Shown here: in pieces, positions 48,517 to 59,365 of the stretch | Layout: the number at the start of each line of letters is the position of its first letter | Numbering within the stretch: the first letter of the stretch is position 1 | Assembly: GCA_948469885.1 (NCBI GenBank) | Contig: CAOKMT010000001.1 | Coordinates: 86,187-150,186, forward strand | Source of the DNA: an uncultured Sporosarcina sp. | Lineage (GTDB): Bacteria; Bacillota; Bacilli; Bacillales_A; Planococcaceae | Direction of reading: 5' to 3' | Length of the DNA stretch: 64,000 nucleotides | Position numbers and translations under genes: made by a program | The notes under the pieces: model-generated | Database searches by the model: none | What the model saw: the letters and a program-made list of their open reading frames with translations, nothing else | What the model was told of the DNA's origin: nothing

Positions 48517-50235
48517 TTATACTTCTTGGAATTGAATATTATGAAGACGAGCAAAAATGCCCCCTTTTGAAATGAGTTCATGGTACGTACCGCTTTCTGC
48601 AATGCCGTCTTCTGTGACGACAATGATGCGATCAGCATCCTGGATGGTCGCCAAACGGTGGGCGATGACGAGTGTTGTCCGGTTCTCGGCCAGTTCAGTG
48701 AGAGATTGCTGGATGATCCGTTCCGTTTCAGTATCCAATGCCGAAGTCGCTTCATCCAAAATAAGGATGGGCGGGTTTTTCAAGAACATGCGTGCAATGG
48801 CAAGTCGTTGTTTTTGACCACCGGAAAGTTTCAGCCCACGTTCTCCGATTTGTGTGTCATAGCCATTAGGTAAGTTGCTAATTACATCTTCTAAATGCGC
48901 TTTACGTGCAGCTTCAAAAATTTCCTCATCGGTCGCATGTAAATTTCCGTACGCGATATTCTCTTTCACCGTACCTGTAAATAGAAACACATCTTGTTGC
49001 ACAATGCCGATTTGGGCACGCAAAGATTGCTGCGTCATATGTCGAATATCGATGCCGTCGATGGTGATCGCACCTTCAGTGACATCGTAAAACCGGGGGA
49101 TCAAAGAACAGATCGTCGTTTTCCCTGCACCCGATGGTCCGACGAAAGCGACCGTTTCACCAGCGCGGATCTTCAGATCAATTCCTTCCAGTACCGATTT
49201 TGATCTGTCGTAATTGAAGTGGACGCGATCGAAAACAATATCACCATTTAAATGATTTACATTGATGGCATCCGGTGCATCTTCGATTTCAGGCTCCTGG
49301 TCGATCAAATCCTGAAACCTTTTAAAGCCTGCCATCCCTTTCGGATAAAGTTCGAGCAAGGCGCTAATTTTATCGACCGGTTTCACAAGAATATTGACGA
49401 AAAGGATAAACCCGACGAGTTCGCCGTGTGTCAATTTACCGTTGAATGAAAACCAAGCCCCGACGACGAGAACAACGAGCGTCATCAACCGGGTCATCAT
49501 ATACATACTTGAATGGGTCCAAGCCATTACTTTATAGGCGACAAGTTTGGCGATACGGAAATTGCCATTGTCTGTTTTGAAACGTGCGATTTCAAAGTCT
49601 TCGTTTGTGAACGATTGGACGACGCGTGCACCGGCTACACTATCTTCCACCCGTGCATTGACATCCGCGATCTTCCCGTACATGTTTGTCCATGCTTTGT
49701 TCATCTTCTTATTACAATAAGTGACAACGACGACGAGGAGCGGCACCATGACGATGGCAATCAAAGCAAGTTCAGGGTTAATGTTGTACATTAAAATAAA
49801 AGCACCAAAGACCGTCATGATCGCAATGAACAGATCTTCAGGTCCGTGATGCGCAAGTTCCCCGATATCGAATAAGTCATTGGTGATCCGGCTCATAATA
49901 TGACCCGTTTTTGTATTATCAAAAAAACGGAAAGATTGTCGTTGGACGTGAGTGAAAAGTTGTTGACGCATATCGGTTTCAATATTAATGCCAAGCTTGT
50001 GCCCTAGGTAACTGACAACATATTGAAGAAACGTACTGAGCAAGTATATTGCCAACAACAGTATACTGATGGTCACGATTTTCCCCCAATCGCCACCAGG
50101 GAGTAATTTATCGATAAACCATTGGACGGCCAGAGGGAAAGCGAGTTCAAGTAAAGCGACAAATACGGCACTTGAAAAGTCGATGATAAACAACCGTCTA
50201 TGTGGTTTGTAGTATGAAAAGAATTTTTTCAACAT
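48517..50235 (-). CDS. ABC exporter, fused permease-ATPase (YwjA/MsbA-like)
   Basis: 6 TM + GPSGAGKT, LSGGQKQR, LDEATSALD; start chosen by GAAAGGAGG RBS. Confidence 0.92.
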   Translation of the reverse strand: MLKKFFSYYKPHRRLFIIDFSSAVFVALLELAFPLAVQWFIDKLLPGGDWGKIVTISILLLAIYLLSTFLQYVVSYLGHKLGINIETDMRQQLFTHVQRQSFRFFDNTKTGHIMSRITNDLFDIGELAHHGPEDLFIAIMTVFGAFILMYNINPELALIAIVMVPLLVVVVTYCNKKMNKAWTNMYGKIADVNARVEDSVAGARVVQSFTNEDFEIARFKTDNGNFRIAKLVAYKVMAWTHSSMYMMTRLMTLVVLVVGAWFSFNGKLTHGELVGFILFVNILVKPVDKISALLELYPKGMAGFKRFQDLIDQEPEIEDAPDAINVNHLNGDIVFDRVHFNYDRSKSVLEGIDLKIRAGETVAFVGPSGAGKTTICSLIPRFYDVTEGAITIDGIDIRHMTQQSLRAQIGIVQQDVFLFTGTVKENIAYGNLHATDEEIFEAARKAHLEDVISNLPNGYDTQIGERGLKLSGGQKQRLAIARMFLKNPPILILDEATSALDTETERIIQQSLTELAENRTTLVIAHRLATIQDADRIIVVTEDGIAESGTYHELISKGGIFARLHNIQFQEV

Positions 50236-50473
50236 GAAAATATATCCTCCTTTCTTGCAATACAGCCTAGTATAGCGGATTTGACTTTGGAAAACGACCA
50301 TCATTTTGAAAGAAGTAAGAAAAAAAGCGTAGGCCTTTGGGGTTACTTTGGTTTCGTAGTCCGTTATATGGAATTTTATTGGATAATAGATTTATGGGAA
50401 CTTTGTTAAAAGTAAATCGTATAAGATGAGTGTAGAGCATTAGCATATTTAAATAGAAGGGAAGCGAAATGAA

Positions 50474-51352
50474 ATGAAAAATTGGTTACGTGGTATACTC
50501 CTAGGGATCCTCGTTCTTGTATTAGCAGCGTGTAATAGTAGTGATACGCCGGATGCAAAACCTGGAACAGACGGTAAGCCTGAAGAGACACCTGAAGAGG
50601 TTCAAAAAGAAGAGTTAACTGCCCAAGAGGTGTTTGAAAAAGTTCAAGAGAATTCAGAAGAAATGAAGAGTATGCATGCGTCGATGAATATCGATCAAAA
50701 CATTGAAGTGCCAAGCGAGCAAGTGGACATGGACAGTAAGATTAAAATGGAAATGGACATGATCCAGGATCCGTTGGCAATGTATCAAGTGATGGATATG
50801 GACATGGGTGCTGAAGGTGCGGCAAAAATCGAAATGTACATGACAGAAGAAGGATTCTTCATGAAAGATCCAGAATCAGAGCAATGGATGAAACTACCAG
50901 CGGAATATTATGACGAACTCTCAGAGTCAATGACAGCTGGCGCAGATCCGAATTTAGACTTCGACACGCTCGAGGACTTTGTTGAGGATTTCACAATGGA
51001 AGAAAAAGATGGGCAATATATCTTGAAATTGAAAGCGTCCGGTGAAAAGTTCAATGCGCTTATTCAAGAGGAATTGCAAGATGCAGGTATGATGGAAGGT
51101 ATGGACGAAGAAACAGCCGCAGCTTTGGAAACACTGGAAATCCACAAATTCGAATATGAAATTTTCGTTGACAAAGAAACGTTCAACATGACTGCATTCA
51201 ATATGATCATGGATATGGAAATGGGCGAAGGAGAAGAACTAGTCCGTATTTCCCAAGATATGAAAGCAGATATAAGCAAAATCAATGAAATCGACGAAAT
51301 TAAAGTGCCACAAGAAGTTCTCGATAATGCGGTAGAGCAAGCAATGGAATAA
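50474..51352 (+). CDS. Acidic Met-rich lipoprotein (DUF6612-like)
   Basis: Lipobox LAAC; C-terminal IKVPQEV.DNA. Confidence 0.75.
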   Translation: MKNWLRGILLGILVLVLAACNSSDTPDAKPGTDGKPEETPEEVQKEELTAQEVFEKVQENSEEMKSMHASMNIDQNIEVPSEQVDMDSKIKMEMDMIQDPLAMYQVMDMDMGAEGAAKIEMYMTEEGFFMKDPESEQWMKLPAEYYDELSESMTAGADPNLDFDTLEDFVEDFTMEEKDGQYILKLKASGEKFNALIQEELQDAGMMEGMDEETAAALETLEIHKFEYEIFVDKETFNMTAFNMIMDMEMGEGEELVRISQDMKADISKINEIDEIKVPQEVLDNAVEQAME

Positions 51353-51359
51353 AAAAAGC

Positions 51360-51400
51360 AAAGTGTGTAATACGTGTTTGACGTATTACACACTTTTTTT
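51360..51400 (+). terminator. Terminator
   Basis: AAAGTGTGTAATACGT / ACGTATTACACACTTT + T-run. Confidence 0.85.
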
Positions 51401-51452
51401 ATCGAACATTTATCGAACAGGAAATGGCGTTTTCATCTCAATTGCAGTCCGT

Positions 51453-51534
51453 TGAGAATCATTTTCATCTAATTGTTGACACAATTCAAACGCATGCTAT
51501 AATTAGGATTGAAGCTAATTGATAACGGTTTTCA
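51453..51534 (+). promoter_or_regulatory. Promoter flanked by two Fur-like boxes
   Basis: TGAGAATCATTTTCA (51453); TTGACA-16 bp-TATAAT (51476-51503); TGATAACGGTTTTCA (51520). Confidence 0.75.
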
Positions 51535-51581
51535 ACATGGAATTCTCAATTAGATTCAAATAACCGATATCGAGGCTGGTC

Positions 51582-52532
51582 ATGAAGAAACGTTATTTGA
51601 TTGTCGCACTTATTAGCCTATCACTCTTTTCTTTATTTGTAGGCGTGAGTCATATTACACCGATGGATCTGCTAGATTTCAAGTCGGAAGAAACGGAACT
51701 TTTTTTGCTAAGCAGGGTACCGCGTTTAATTGCAATCCTTCTTGCTGGTGCAGGAATGAGTATTGCGGGACTGATTATGCAACAGCTTAGCCGAAATAAA
51801 TTCGTATCGCCGACGACAGCAGGGACGCTTGATGCGACTCGGCTCGGAATACTCGTCTCGATGCTTTTGTTCACGAATGCATCTACGCTCGAGAAAATGA
51901 TCGTCGCATTTGCATTTGCGCTTGCCGGCACGCTACTGTTTATGCAAATTCTTGATCGAATCAAGTTCAAGGATGCGATTTTCATTCCACTTGTCGGGCT
52001 GATGTTCGGGAATATTTTATCATCCATCACGACGTTTTTCGCTTATCGGGCAGATGTTATCCAAAATATGTCGGCTTGGCTACAAGGTGACTTTTCGATG
52101 ATCATGAAAGGGCGTTACGAACTTCTCTACATAAGCATCCCAGTACTGATTCTTACGTACATGTATGCAAATCGCTTTACGGTTGCGGGAATGGGAGAAG
52201 ATTTCTCGAAAAACCTCGGACTTGCTTACAAGCGAATTGTGAATATCGGCCTCATACTTGTTGCACTTATTACGACAACTGTCGTATTGACTGTAGGGAT
52301 GATCCCGTTTTTAGGGCTGATCATTCCGAATATCGTTTCAATTTTTAAAGGAGATCATTTACAGAAGACGTTGCCTCATACTGCATTGCTCGGCGCGATA
52401 TTCTTACTTGCCTGTGATATTTTAGGCAGGATCCTGATCTATCCATACGAGATTTCAATCAGTTTGATGGTCGGCGTGATCGGCAGTGGTATCTTCCTTT
52501 ACTTGTTGTTTAGGAGGAAGGCCTATGCGTAA
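51582..52532 (+). CDS. yclN: Iron-siderophore ABC permease
   Basis: SR.PR, GLIMQQLSRNKFVSPTTAGT, IPFLGLIIPN. Confidence 0.88.
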   Translation: MKKRYLIVALISLSLFSLFVGVSHITPMDLLDFKSEETELFLLSRVPRLIAILLAGAGMSIAGLIMQQLSRNKFVSPTTAGTLDATRLGILVSMLLFTNASTLEKMIVAFAFALAGTLLFMQILDRIKFKDAIFIPLVGLMFGNILSSITTFFAYRADVIQNMSAWLQGDFSMIMKGRYELLYISIPVLILTYMYANRFTVAGMGEDFSKNLGLAYKRIVNIGLILVALITTTVVLTVGMIPFLGLIIPNIVSIFKGDHLQKTLPHTALLGAIFLLACDILGRILIYPYEISISLMVGVIGSGIFLYLLFRRKAYA

Positions 52533-53475
52533 TTCAACAAAACTAATCATTCTCACGCTGTTAGCCGTCGCATTTTGTGCAGTGTATCTCTTTCAAGGAT
52601 TGAACGGAAGTTTTGATTATGCATTGCCGCGCCGAGGCATCAAGGTGATGGCAATGGCGATGACCGGTGTTGCGATCGCTTATTCAACGGTCATCTTCCA
52701 AACCATTACACATAACCGGATTTTAACACCGAGCATTATGGGGCTTGATTCGCTTTACTTGTTATTGCAGACAGCAGCCATTTTCTTCCTCGGTTCAGGT
52801 CACGTGACGATTGTCAATAAACAAGTGAACTTTGTTTTGTCAGTGGCGGCGATGGTCCTCTTCGCCCTCCTGTTGTATCGCTTCCTGTTCAAGGGAGGAA
52901 AACGGCCGATCTATTTCCTATTGCTGGTCGGGATTATCGTTGGAACGTTTTTCGGAAGCATTACGACATTTTTACAAGTGCTCATTGATCCGAACGAATT
53001 CATGCTCGTGCAGGATAAAATGTTCGCCAGCTTCAATAACGTCAGTGGTGAACTTGTCTGGTGGGCACTCGGCATTCTTGTTCTCACATTTTTAATCGGT
53101 GCAAGATCGTTCAACAATTTGGACGTCTTATCACTTGGTCGGGACACTGCCATTAATCTAGGCGTTTCCTACGATAAAGTCGTCAGGACGATGCTCATTT
53201 TGTCGGCAGTTTTAATAGCCGTTTCAACAGCGCTTGTCGGTCCGATCACATTTTTTGGATTGATTGTCGCGAACTTATCTTATCAATTTTTCAAAACGTA
53301 TAAGCATTCCATTTTAATCGCAGGTGCTTCCGTTATGAGCGTTGTCGCCCTTGTCGGAGGACAATGGGTCGTCGAGCGGGTCTTCACGTTTTCAACTACA
53401 CTTAGTGTTATTGTCAATTTTGCAGGCGGTGTTTATTTCATCTATCTATTACTAAAGGAGAGTCGGTCTACATGA
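52525..53475 (+). CDS. yclO: Iron-siderophore ABC permease
   Basis: FQTITHNRILTPSIMGLD, LIDPNEF, LVGPITFFG. Confidence 0.88.
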   Translation: MRNSTKLIILTLLAVAFCAVYLFQGLNGSFDYALPRRGIKVMAMAMTGVAIAYSTVIFQTITHNRILTPSIMGLDSLYLLLQTAAIFFLGSGHVTIVNKQVNFVLSVAAMVLFALLLYRFLFKGGKRPIYFLLLVGIIVGTFFGSITTFLQVLIDPNEFMLVQDKMFASFNNVSGELVWWALGILVLTFLIGARSFNNLDVLSLGRDTAINLGVSYDKVVRTMLILSAVLIAVSTALVGPITFFGLIVANLSYQFFKTYKHSILIAGASVMSVVALVGGQWVVERVFTFSTTLSVIVNFAGGVYFIYLLLKESRST

Positions 53476-54233
53476 TTCAAGTCCGTGAAATATCGAAGTT
53501 CTATGGGAAGAAAGCGGTCGTTGAGAAAGTAAACGTGAACATCCATCGAGGAAAGATTACATCTTTTATTGGTCCGAACGGTGCTGGTAAATCGACCCTC
53601 CTTTCTATGGTGAGCCGTCTGTTAGATGCGGACACAGGTGAAGTGCTTTTGGATAACGCTAAAGTGAAGCAAATGAAGTCCAATGAATTTTCCAAACGCG
53701 TGTCTATTTTGAAACAATCGAACTTCATGAATGTCCGATTGACGATTCGGGAGCTCGTCTCCTTTGGACGGTTTCCTCACTCCAAAGGTAGGTTGACGAC
53801 GGAGGATATGGTTCTCGTCGACCAAGCGATGGACTATATGGGTCTCATGGATATGCAGCATGATTATCTTGATGAGTTGTCGGGCGGTCAACGCCAACGT
53901 GCGTTTATTGCGATGGTCATCGCACAAGACACAGATTATATCCTGCTTGACGAGCCGCTGAACAACTTGGATATGAAGCATTCCGTCCAGATCATGAAGA
54001 TTTTAAGAAGGCTTGTCGATGAGCTTGGAAAAACAGTTGTCATCGTACTTCACGACATTAACTTTGCATCTGTCTATTCGGATCGCATTGTCGCGTTGAA
54101 GGATGGTCGAGTTGTCCGAGACGGCCCGACGAATGAAATCATTAATTCCGAGGCATTAAGAGAAATTTATGATATGGACATACCCATTAAACAACTAAGT
54201 AATTGTCGCATATGCGTTTACTTTAATTCATAA
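53472..54233 (+). CDS. yclP: Iron-siderophore ABC ATPase
   Basis: GPNGAGKST, FGRFP.S.G, LSGGQRQRA, LDEPLNNLD. Confidence 0.9.
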   Translation: MIQVREISKFYGKKAVVEKVNVNIHRGKITSFIGPNGAGKSTLLSMVSRLLDADTGEVLLDNAKVKQMKSNEFSKRVSILKQSNFMNVRLTIRELVSFGRFPHSKGRLTTEDMVLVDQAMDYMGLMDMQHDYLDELSGGQRQRAFIAMVIAQDTDYILLDEPLNNLDMKHSVQIMKILRRLVDELGKTVVIVLHDINFASVYSDRIVALKDGRVVRDGPTNEIINSEALREIYDMDIPIKQLSNCRICVYFNS

Positions 54234-54254
54234 TAAAAAAGGATGGTTAGAAAA

Positions 54255-55226
54255 ATGAAGAAGTTTACAATAGCACTCATGATGTTTGCGCTAATGGCTC
54301 TACTTGTTGCATGTGGCGCAGACGATAAAGATAAGGATTCAGAAAAAACACCGGATACAAATAGCGATAAACCTGAAACAGAAGAAACAGCAGAGATCAC
54401 AATCAAACACGAATTGGGAGAAACAACAATTGAGAAAAACCCTGAAAAAATTGTTGTTTTCGACTTTGGTATGCTTGATACATTGGATGAACTTGGCATT
54501 GAAGTGGCAGGCGTTCCGCAAAAAAACGTTCCAGCTTACTTATCGCAATATGAAGATGAGAAGTATGAGAATGTTGGTGGATTGAAAGAGCCTGATTTTG
54601 AGAAAATCCATGCAATGGATCCAGATGTTATCTTCATTTCCGGACGTCAATCAGACATGTATGATGAGTTGAACAAAATTGCACCGACAATTTTTGTGGG
54701 AATCGATACAGAAGATTACATGAACTCATTCAAGAGCAGAATGGATTGGGTTGGAGAGCTATTTGGGAAAGAGGACGAAGTAGCTGCAGAACTTGCGGAA
54801 ATTGATGAGTCGATTGCTGCGATTAAAGAAAAAGCGGATGCTTCTGATTCAAAAGCTTTGATTGTTCTTGGGAACGAAGGAAAAGTGAGCGCTTATGGCC
54901 CAGGTTCACGTTTCGGTATCATCCATGATGTATTCGGCTTCAAACCAGCAGATGAAAAAATTGAAGTGTCGACACATGGTCAAGGTATTTCTTTTGAATA
55001 CATTCTTGAAACAAACCCGGATATTCTTTTCGTAGTAGACCGTGACAAAGCGATCGGTACGGATGCAAGTGCGAAAGATGCAATTGAAAATGAAATCGTG
55101 ATGAAAACAACTGCTTATGAAAATGATAAAATCATCTACTTGGATCCAGGTTACTGGTACCTATCAGGTGGCGGACTGCAATCCGTGAAAGAAATGATAA
55201 AAGAAGTAGAAACTGTTTTAGAATAA
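54255..55226 (+). CDS. yclQ: Siderophore-binding lipoprotein
   Basis: Lipobox LVAC; VVFDFG.LD, GGLKEPDFE, SRFG, STHGQ, WY. Confidence 0.88.
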   Translation: MKKFTIALMMFALMALLVACGADDKDKDSEKTPDTNSDKPETEETAEITIKHELGETTIEKNPEKIVVFDFGMLDTLDELGIEVAGVPQKNVPAYLSQYEDEKYENVGGLKEPDFEKIHAMDPDVIFISGRQSDMYDELNKIAPTIFVGIDTEDYMNSFKSRMDWVGELFGKEDEVAAELAEIDESIAAIKEKADASDSKALIVLGNEGKVSAYGPGSRFGIIHDVFGFKPADEKIEVSTHGQGISFEYILETNPDILFVVDRDKAIGTDASAKDAIENEIVMKTTAYENDKIIYLDPGYWYLSGGGLQSVKEMIKEVETVLE

Positions 55227-55232
55227 ATGATA

Positions 55233-55265
55233 AAGGCCGATTCCTTTGGGAGTCGGTCTTTTTTT
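55233..55265 (+). terminator. Terminator
   Basis: AGGCCGATTCC / GGAGTCGGTCT + T-run. Confidence 0.75.
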
Positions 55266-55392
55266 CATTTAGATTTATAAGGATAAGAATCAACCGGCGA
55301 CTTCCTCTGCATGTTCGTTATTTTAAAAGTGAAAAGGGAAAGCTGAAAATTGAAGACGGAGAACTTCTTAATCTCCCGCGCCTAAAAAGGTA

Positions 55393-55442
55393 TTGTATTC
55401 TTCCAATTCGAAAGGTATAATGACATGTGTCAAGACAACTAT
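55393..55442 (+). promoter_or_regulatory. SigA promoter with NiaR-like operator
   Basis: TTGTAT-17 bp-TATAAT followed by GACATGTGTCAAGACAACTAT (TGT-N4-ACA core). Confidence 0.7.
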
Positions 55443-55467
55443 GTAATTATTAAGGAGTAGACGAATT

Positions 55468-56670
55468 GTGGATGGAAATAATAAAATCTCGCGAAATAAA
55501 CTGCTCGGTTTAGCGGGGACAGGGTGGATGTTTGACGCGATGGATGTGGGGATTCTCTCATTTGTCATTGCGGCGATTGCGATCGATTGGAATTTGACGC
55601 CGAGTGAAATGGGATGGATTGGCAGTGTCAATTCAATCGGGATGGCAGTCGGCGCGTTCAGTTTTGGCCTTTTGGCGGATCGGATCGGACGGAAAGCTGT
55701 ATTTATGGCGACACTTATCCTATTTTCTGTCGCAAGTGGTTTATCGGCGTTGACCATGACGCTCACTGCATTTCTTATTTTACGTTTTTTAGTCGGTGCC
55801 GGGCTTGGGGGCGAGTTGCCGGTTGCCTCGACGCTTGTATCCGAAAGTGTAGAAGCAAAAGAGAGGGGACGAGTTGTCGTCTTGCTTGAAAGTTTTTGGG
55901 CGGCTGGCTGGTTGCTCGCGGCATTAATCGCTTATTTTATTATTCCTTCTTTCGGCTGGCGTATTGCATTGATCATTACGGCTTTACCGGCATTTTACGC
56001 TATTTACTTGCGTCGGAATTTACCCGATTCTCCTAAATTTAAAGCTTCCGGAGAACCGAAACAGTCTGCTTGGGCAAAGATGGGGGCTATCTGGTCGCCG
56101 CAATATGCGCGCCGAACGTTGATGTTGTGGATCGTTTGGTTCACGGTCGTCTTTTCGTATTATGGCATGTTTCTTTGGTTACCGAGTGTCATGGTGTTGA
56201 AGGGTTTCAGTATGATCCAAAGTTTCGGCTACGTCTTGCTCATGACCCTTGCACAGTTGCCGGGCTATTTCAGTGCCGCATGGCTTATTGAAAGGGCGGG
56301 GCGGAAGTTTGTCCTAGCGACCTATTTGCTAGGCACGGCCGCAAGTGCGCTCTTCTTCGGGAATGCGGAGACGTTGACGTTACTTCTCGTATCAGGTGCG
56401 TTACTATCATTTTTCAACCTTGGGGCATGGGGCGCATTGTATGCGTATTCCCCAGAGCAATATCCAACTGCTATACGAGCGACGGGCTCTGGGATGGCTG
56501 CTGCGGTTGGTCGGATTGGGGGTATTTTCGGACCGTTGCTTGTCGGTTGGCTACTCGCCGCAGATTACGGTTTCGGGTTGATTTTTGCCATATTCTGTGG
56601 TGCAATCGTCATCGGTGTTTTGGCGGTCATCACGTTAGGAACGGAAACGAAACAATTGGAGTTGGAGTGA
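55468..56670 (+). CDS. niaP: MFS transporter, niacin permease NiaP/YceI
   Basis: GWMFDAMDVG, GLGGELPVASTL, LESFWA.GW, FFNLGAWG; NiaR-like box upstream. Confidence 0.82.
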   Translation: MDGNNKISRNKLLGLAGTGWMFDAMDVGILSFVIAAIAIDWNLTPSEMGWIGSVNSIGMAVGAFSFGLLADRIGRKAVFMATLILFSVASGLSALTMTLTAFLILRFLVGAGLGGELPVASTLVSESVEAKERGRVVVLLESFWAAGWLLAALIAYFIIPSFGWRIALIITALPAFYAIYLRRNLPDSPKFKASGEPKQSAWAKMGAIWSPQYARRTLMLWIVWFTVVFSYYGMFLWLPSVMVLKGFSMIQSFGYVLLMTLAQLPGYFSAAWLIERAGRKFVLATYLLGTAASALFFGNAETLTLLLVSGALLSFFNLGAWGALYAYSPEQYPTAIRATGSGMAAAVGRIGGIFGPLLVGWLLAADYGFGLIFAIFCGAIVIGVLAVITLGTETKQLELE

Positions 56671-56674
56671 AGGA

Positions 56675-56707
56675 AAACCTGTCTTGTTCGTCAAGGCAGG
56701 TTTTTTA
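56675..56707 (+). terminator. Terminator
   Basis: AAAACCTGTCTTG / CAAGGCAGGTTTTTT. Confidence 0.75.
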
Positions 56708-56894
56708 CTAGCCAAATTTCGGAATAGACAATTTGGAAGGTGCCGGATTAAGGCCGTTAGATCTGTTTGGTTTGATGCGGAAGGTTCGAATGATCCAATT
56801 GCTGACTCGTCCCCCAATATTTTTTGAAATGTCGATAGTCTTCCTGTATAGTGACACGTAATTGTTATCTAATTGTATTGAAAGGAAGATTCCG

Positions 56895-57551
56895 ATGAGG
56901 AAAAGTTTGTTGTTTTTATTGCTAAGCATTGGTGTGCTCCTGGCCGGGTGTAATAGCCCGAATGAGCCTGAAGAACAACCGGTACAGGAAAATGAAGCAG
57001 AAACACCTGAAGTGGAGACGCCACAAGATGAAGCGTCGCAAGAAGAATCCGATTTGGAGAATGAAGAAGAGAAGGTTGTAGAAAAGGGAGATACAATTGG
57101 TGTGACGATGGAGGAATTCAAAGAACGTTTCAATAAGCAAGCTTCAGAACGTAATATCGAATTCAAAGTCGATTCATACGAATGGCGTGAGCGGGACGAA
57201 GGGTTGCAAACAGCGGAGCTGGAATTCGCCGAAGACATCCGGTTGACAGCACTTGGTTTTGAGGATGAAGAATTGAAATCGGTTTTGTTGGAGGTGGAAG
57301 GACACGAGTCCAGACAGTTGACTTTCGATTTAATAGAGACATTAATCGCCTCCTCAAACGTAGAACTAAAGGAAAATGACATCCAAGAGATCATGGCGGA
57401 GTTAGGATTGACTGATTCTAAGGTAGACGGGGATGATACACAATCCGGCGCGACAAAAGATGGCCTGAAGTACTTGGTGAATGACGAAACGTTGAATTGG
57501 TTGGAGTTTGTGGTCGCCAATGTAAATGATGCTGACTTTGAATTAGAATGA
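56895..57551 (+). CDS. Acidic lipoprotein of unknown function
   Basis: Lipobox LAGC, E-rich linker, globular C-terminus. Confidence 0.75.
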   Translation: MRKSLLFLLLSIGVLLAGCNSPNEPEEQPVQENEAETPEVETPQDEASQEESDLENEEEKVVEKGDTIGVTMEEFKERFNKQASERNIEFKVDSYEWRERDEGLQTAELEFAEDIRLTALGFEDEELKSVLLEVEGHESRQLTFDLIETLIASSNVELKENDIQEIMAELGLTDSKVDGDDTQSGATKDGLKYLVNDETLNWLEFVVANVNDADFELE

Positions 57552-57701
57552 CCCGTATGGCTAACCTATGGACAGGAGGTCTCTGTCTATTCAGGTTAGC
57601 CATTTTTACACTTAAAAGAATGGAAGGCGCCGACGTTTTGTTAAGAAGGTGATAGGGAATGTTAAGGGAGACATGATTGACCTTTGGAGAGGAGATTGCG
57701 C

Positions 57702-58352
57702 ATGTTTCGTATACCGGAGTCACTTGCAACGCTAGGAAAGGAGCGGATCGCTGGTTGTCCTGTTGAGGGATTCGTCTACGGAGAAGGACCCAAGCAGCCT
57801 GAGCTGATGCTCGTCGGGGAAGCGCCCGGGGAGTTTGAACTCATCGATGGAATCCCTTTCATCGGGCGTGCGGGCACTGAATTGATGAAATCGCTTGCGA
57901 GTATCGGTTTGACACGTCAAGATGTCTATATAACAAGTGCTGTGCGCAGTCGACCGTATCGGTGGGGGACGAAAAAAGAACGGGACGGAACAACGACGGA
58001 AAGGAAATACAATCGTCCTCCGACGCAGAAGGAGGTATTGGCACATGCGCCGGTGCTTGACTATGAGCTGGCAAATGTGAAACCGAAATTGATTGTCACA
58101 CTTGGCAACGTAGGTTTACAAAGGTTGCTTGGAAAATCTGCCACGGTGACTACGCTTCACGGCGAACTATTGGAACGACCAATTCAATATTTGCAAGAAT
58201 TGGAAGACAGAACGTTTGAATGGACGGAAGAGAAGTATCGAATTGTACCGACGTTTCATCCGGCAGCTGTTTTTTATAGGCCCTCCCATAGACCGGCTAT
58301 TGAGGAAGACTGGAAGAAAATTGGTCAGTTTTTAAAGGATTACGGAATGTAA
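57702..58352 (+). CDS. Uracil-DNA glycosylase (family 4-like)
   Basis: LVGEAPG, PFIGRAG, NRPP, TFHPAA. Confidence 0.88.
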   Translation: MFRIPESLATLGKERIAGCPVEGFVYGEGPKQPELMLVGEAPGEFELIDGIPFIGRAGTELMKSLASIGLTRQDVYITSAVRSRPYRWGTKKERDGTTTERKYNRPPTQKEVLAHAPVLDYELANVKPKLIVTLGNVGLQRLLGKSATVTTLHGELLERPIQYLQELEDRTFEWTEEKYRIVPTFHPAAVFYRPSHRPAIEEDWKKIGQFLKDYGM

Positions 58353-58390
58353 AGACTAAACAGAAATGAATATTAGAAAGGGGTGACGAG

Positions 58391-59365
58391 TTGATTCGTT
58401 TTGACAATGTGGTAAAAAGATTCGAGGATGGGACGGAAGCATTGAAAGGTATTTCCGTGACGATTCCTACAAACAAACTGACAGCCATTATTGGACCATC
58501 GGGATGCGGAAAAACGACACTTATGCGGATGATCAACCGTTTGGAAGAACCGACGGCAGGCACCATATACATAGATGAAAAACCGATAATTGAGCAGGAC
58601 GAAACGGAGCTCCGTCGTTCCATCGGCTACGTGATTCAGCGGATCGGCTTGATCCCACATATGCCGATTGAAGATAATATCGCATTAGTCCCTGAAATGT
58701 TAGGTTGGGAAAAAGAAAGAATTAATGCCCGTGTCGATGAATTGCTGGAGATGGTGGAGTTAGATCCCGCTGTCTTTAAAAAACGATACCCCTTTGAACT
58801 GTCAGGCGGTCAGCAGCAGCGAATTGGTGTGGCAAGAGCGCTGGCGGGCGACCCGAACATCATTTTAATGGATGAACCGTTTTCGGCACTTGATCCGATT
58901 AGCCGGGAACAATTACAGGAAGAGTTAAAGAAGCTTCAGAAGAAAATAAGGAAAACGATTATTTTTGTTACACATGATATGGACGAAGCGCTTGAAATTG
59001 CGGACCAAATCCTCATTATGCGTGACGGACAAATTGAACAGATGGCAACGCCTGCCGAGTTGATCACACATCAGTCGACGGCATTTGTCCGTGAATTCAT
59101 AGGTGAAACAAGGATTGCTCAAAGACGGAAGTTCGGCCAAAGAGAACTGCTGGAATTCACCAAATTCTTTGATGAAATGCCGAAAGGGGATGTTCGACGT
59201 GTGGACAGTGCTGCAACAATCCGAGAAGTGGTGGCATTGCTTGATGCGCATCCTGAAAACGAACTTGAAGTTACAAAAGGTGGGAAAATAGTAGGTTATG
59301 TAGGGTACCACACATTTGTAAATGCTGCCTTGCAAGAAGAAGGAAAGGAACAAATGTATGAATAA
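58391..59365 (+). CDS. Osmoprotectant ABC ATPase (OpuCA-like)
   Basis: GPSGCGKTT, LRRSIGYVIQ, LSGGQQQR, MDEPFSALDP. Confidence 0.9.
   Translation: MIRFDNVVKRFEDGTEALKGISVTIPTNKLTAIIGPSGCGKTTLMRMINRLEEPTAGTIYIDEKPIIEQDETELRRSIGYVIQRIGLIPHMPIEDNIALVPEMLGWEKERINARVDELLEMVELDPAVFKKRYPFELSGGQQQRIGVARALAGDPNIILMDEPFSALDPISREQLQEELKKLQKKIRKTIIFVTHDMDEALEIADQILIMRDGQIEQMATPAELITHQSTAFVREFIGETRIAQRRKFGQRELLEFTKFFDEMPKGDVRRVDSAATIREVVALLDAHPENELEVTKGGKIVGYVGYHTFVNAALQEEGKEQMYE

Noticed and set aside
56708-57520. 270-aa Ser-rich minus-strand ORF
   Set aside because: Antisense shadow of the Glu-rich lipoprotein, which has an RBS and lipobox
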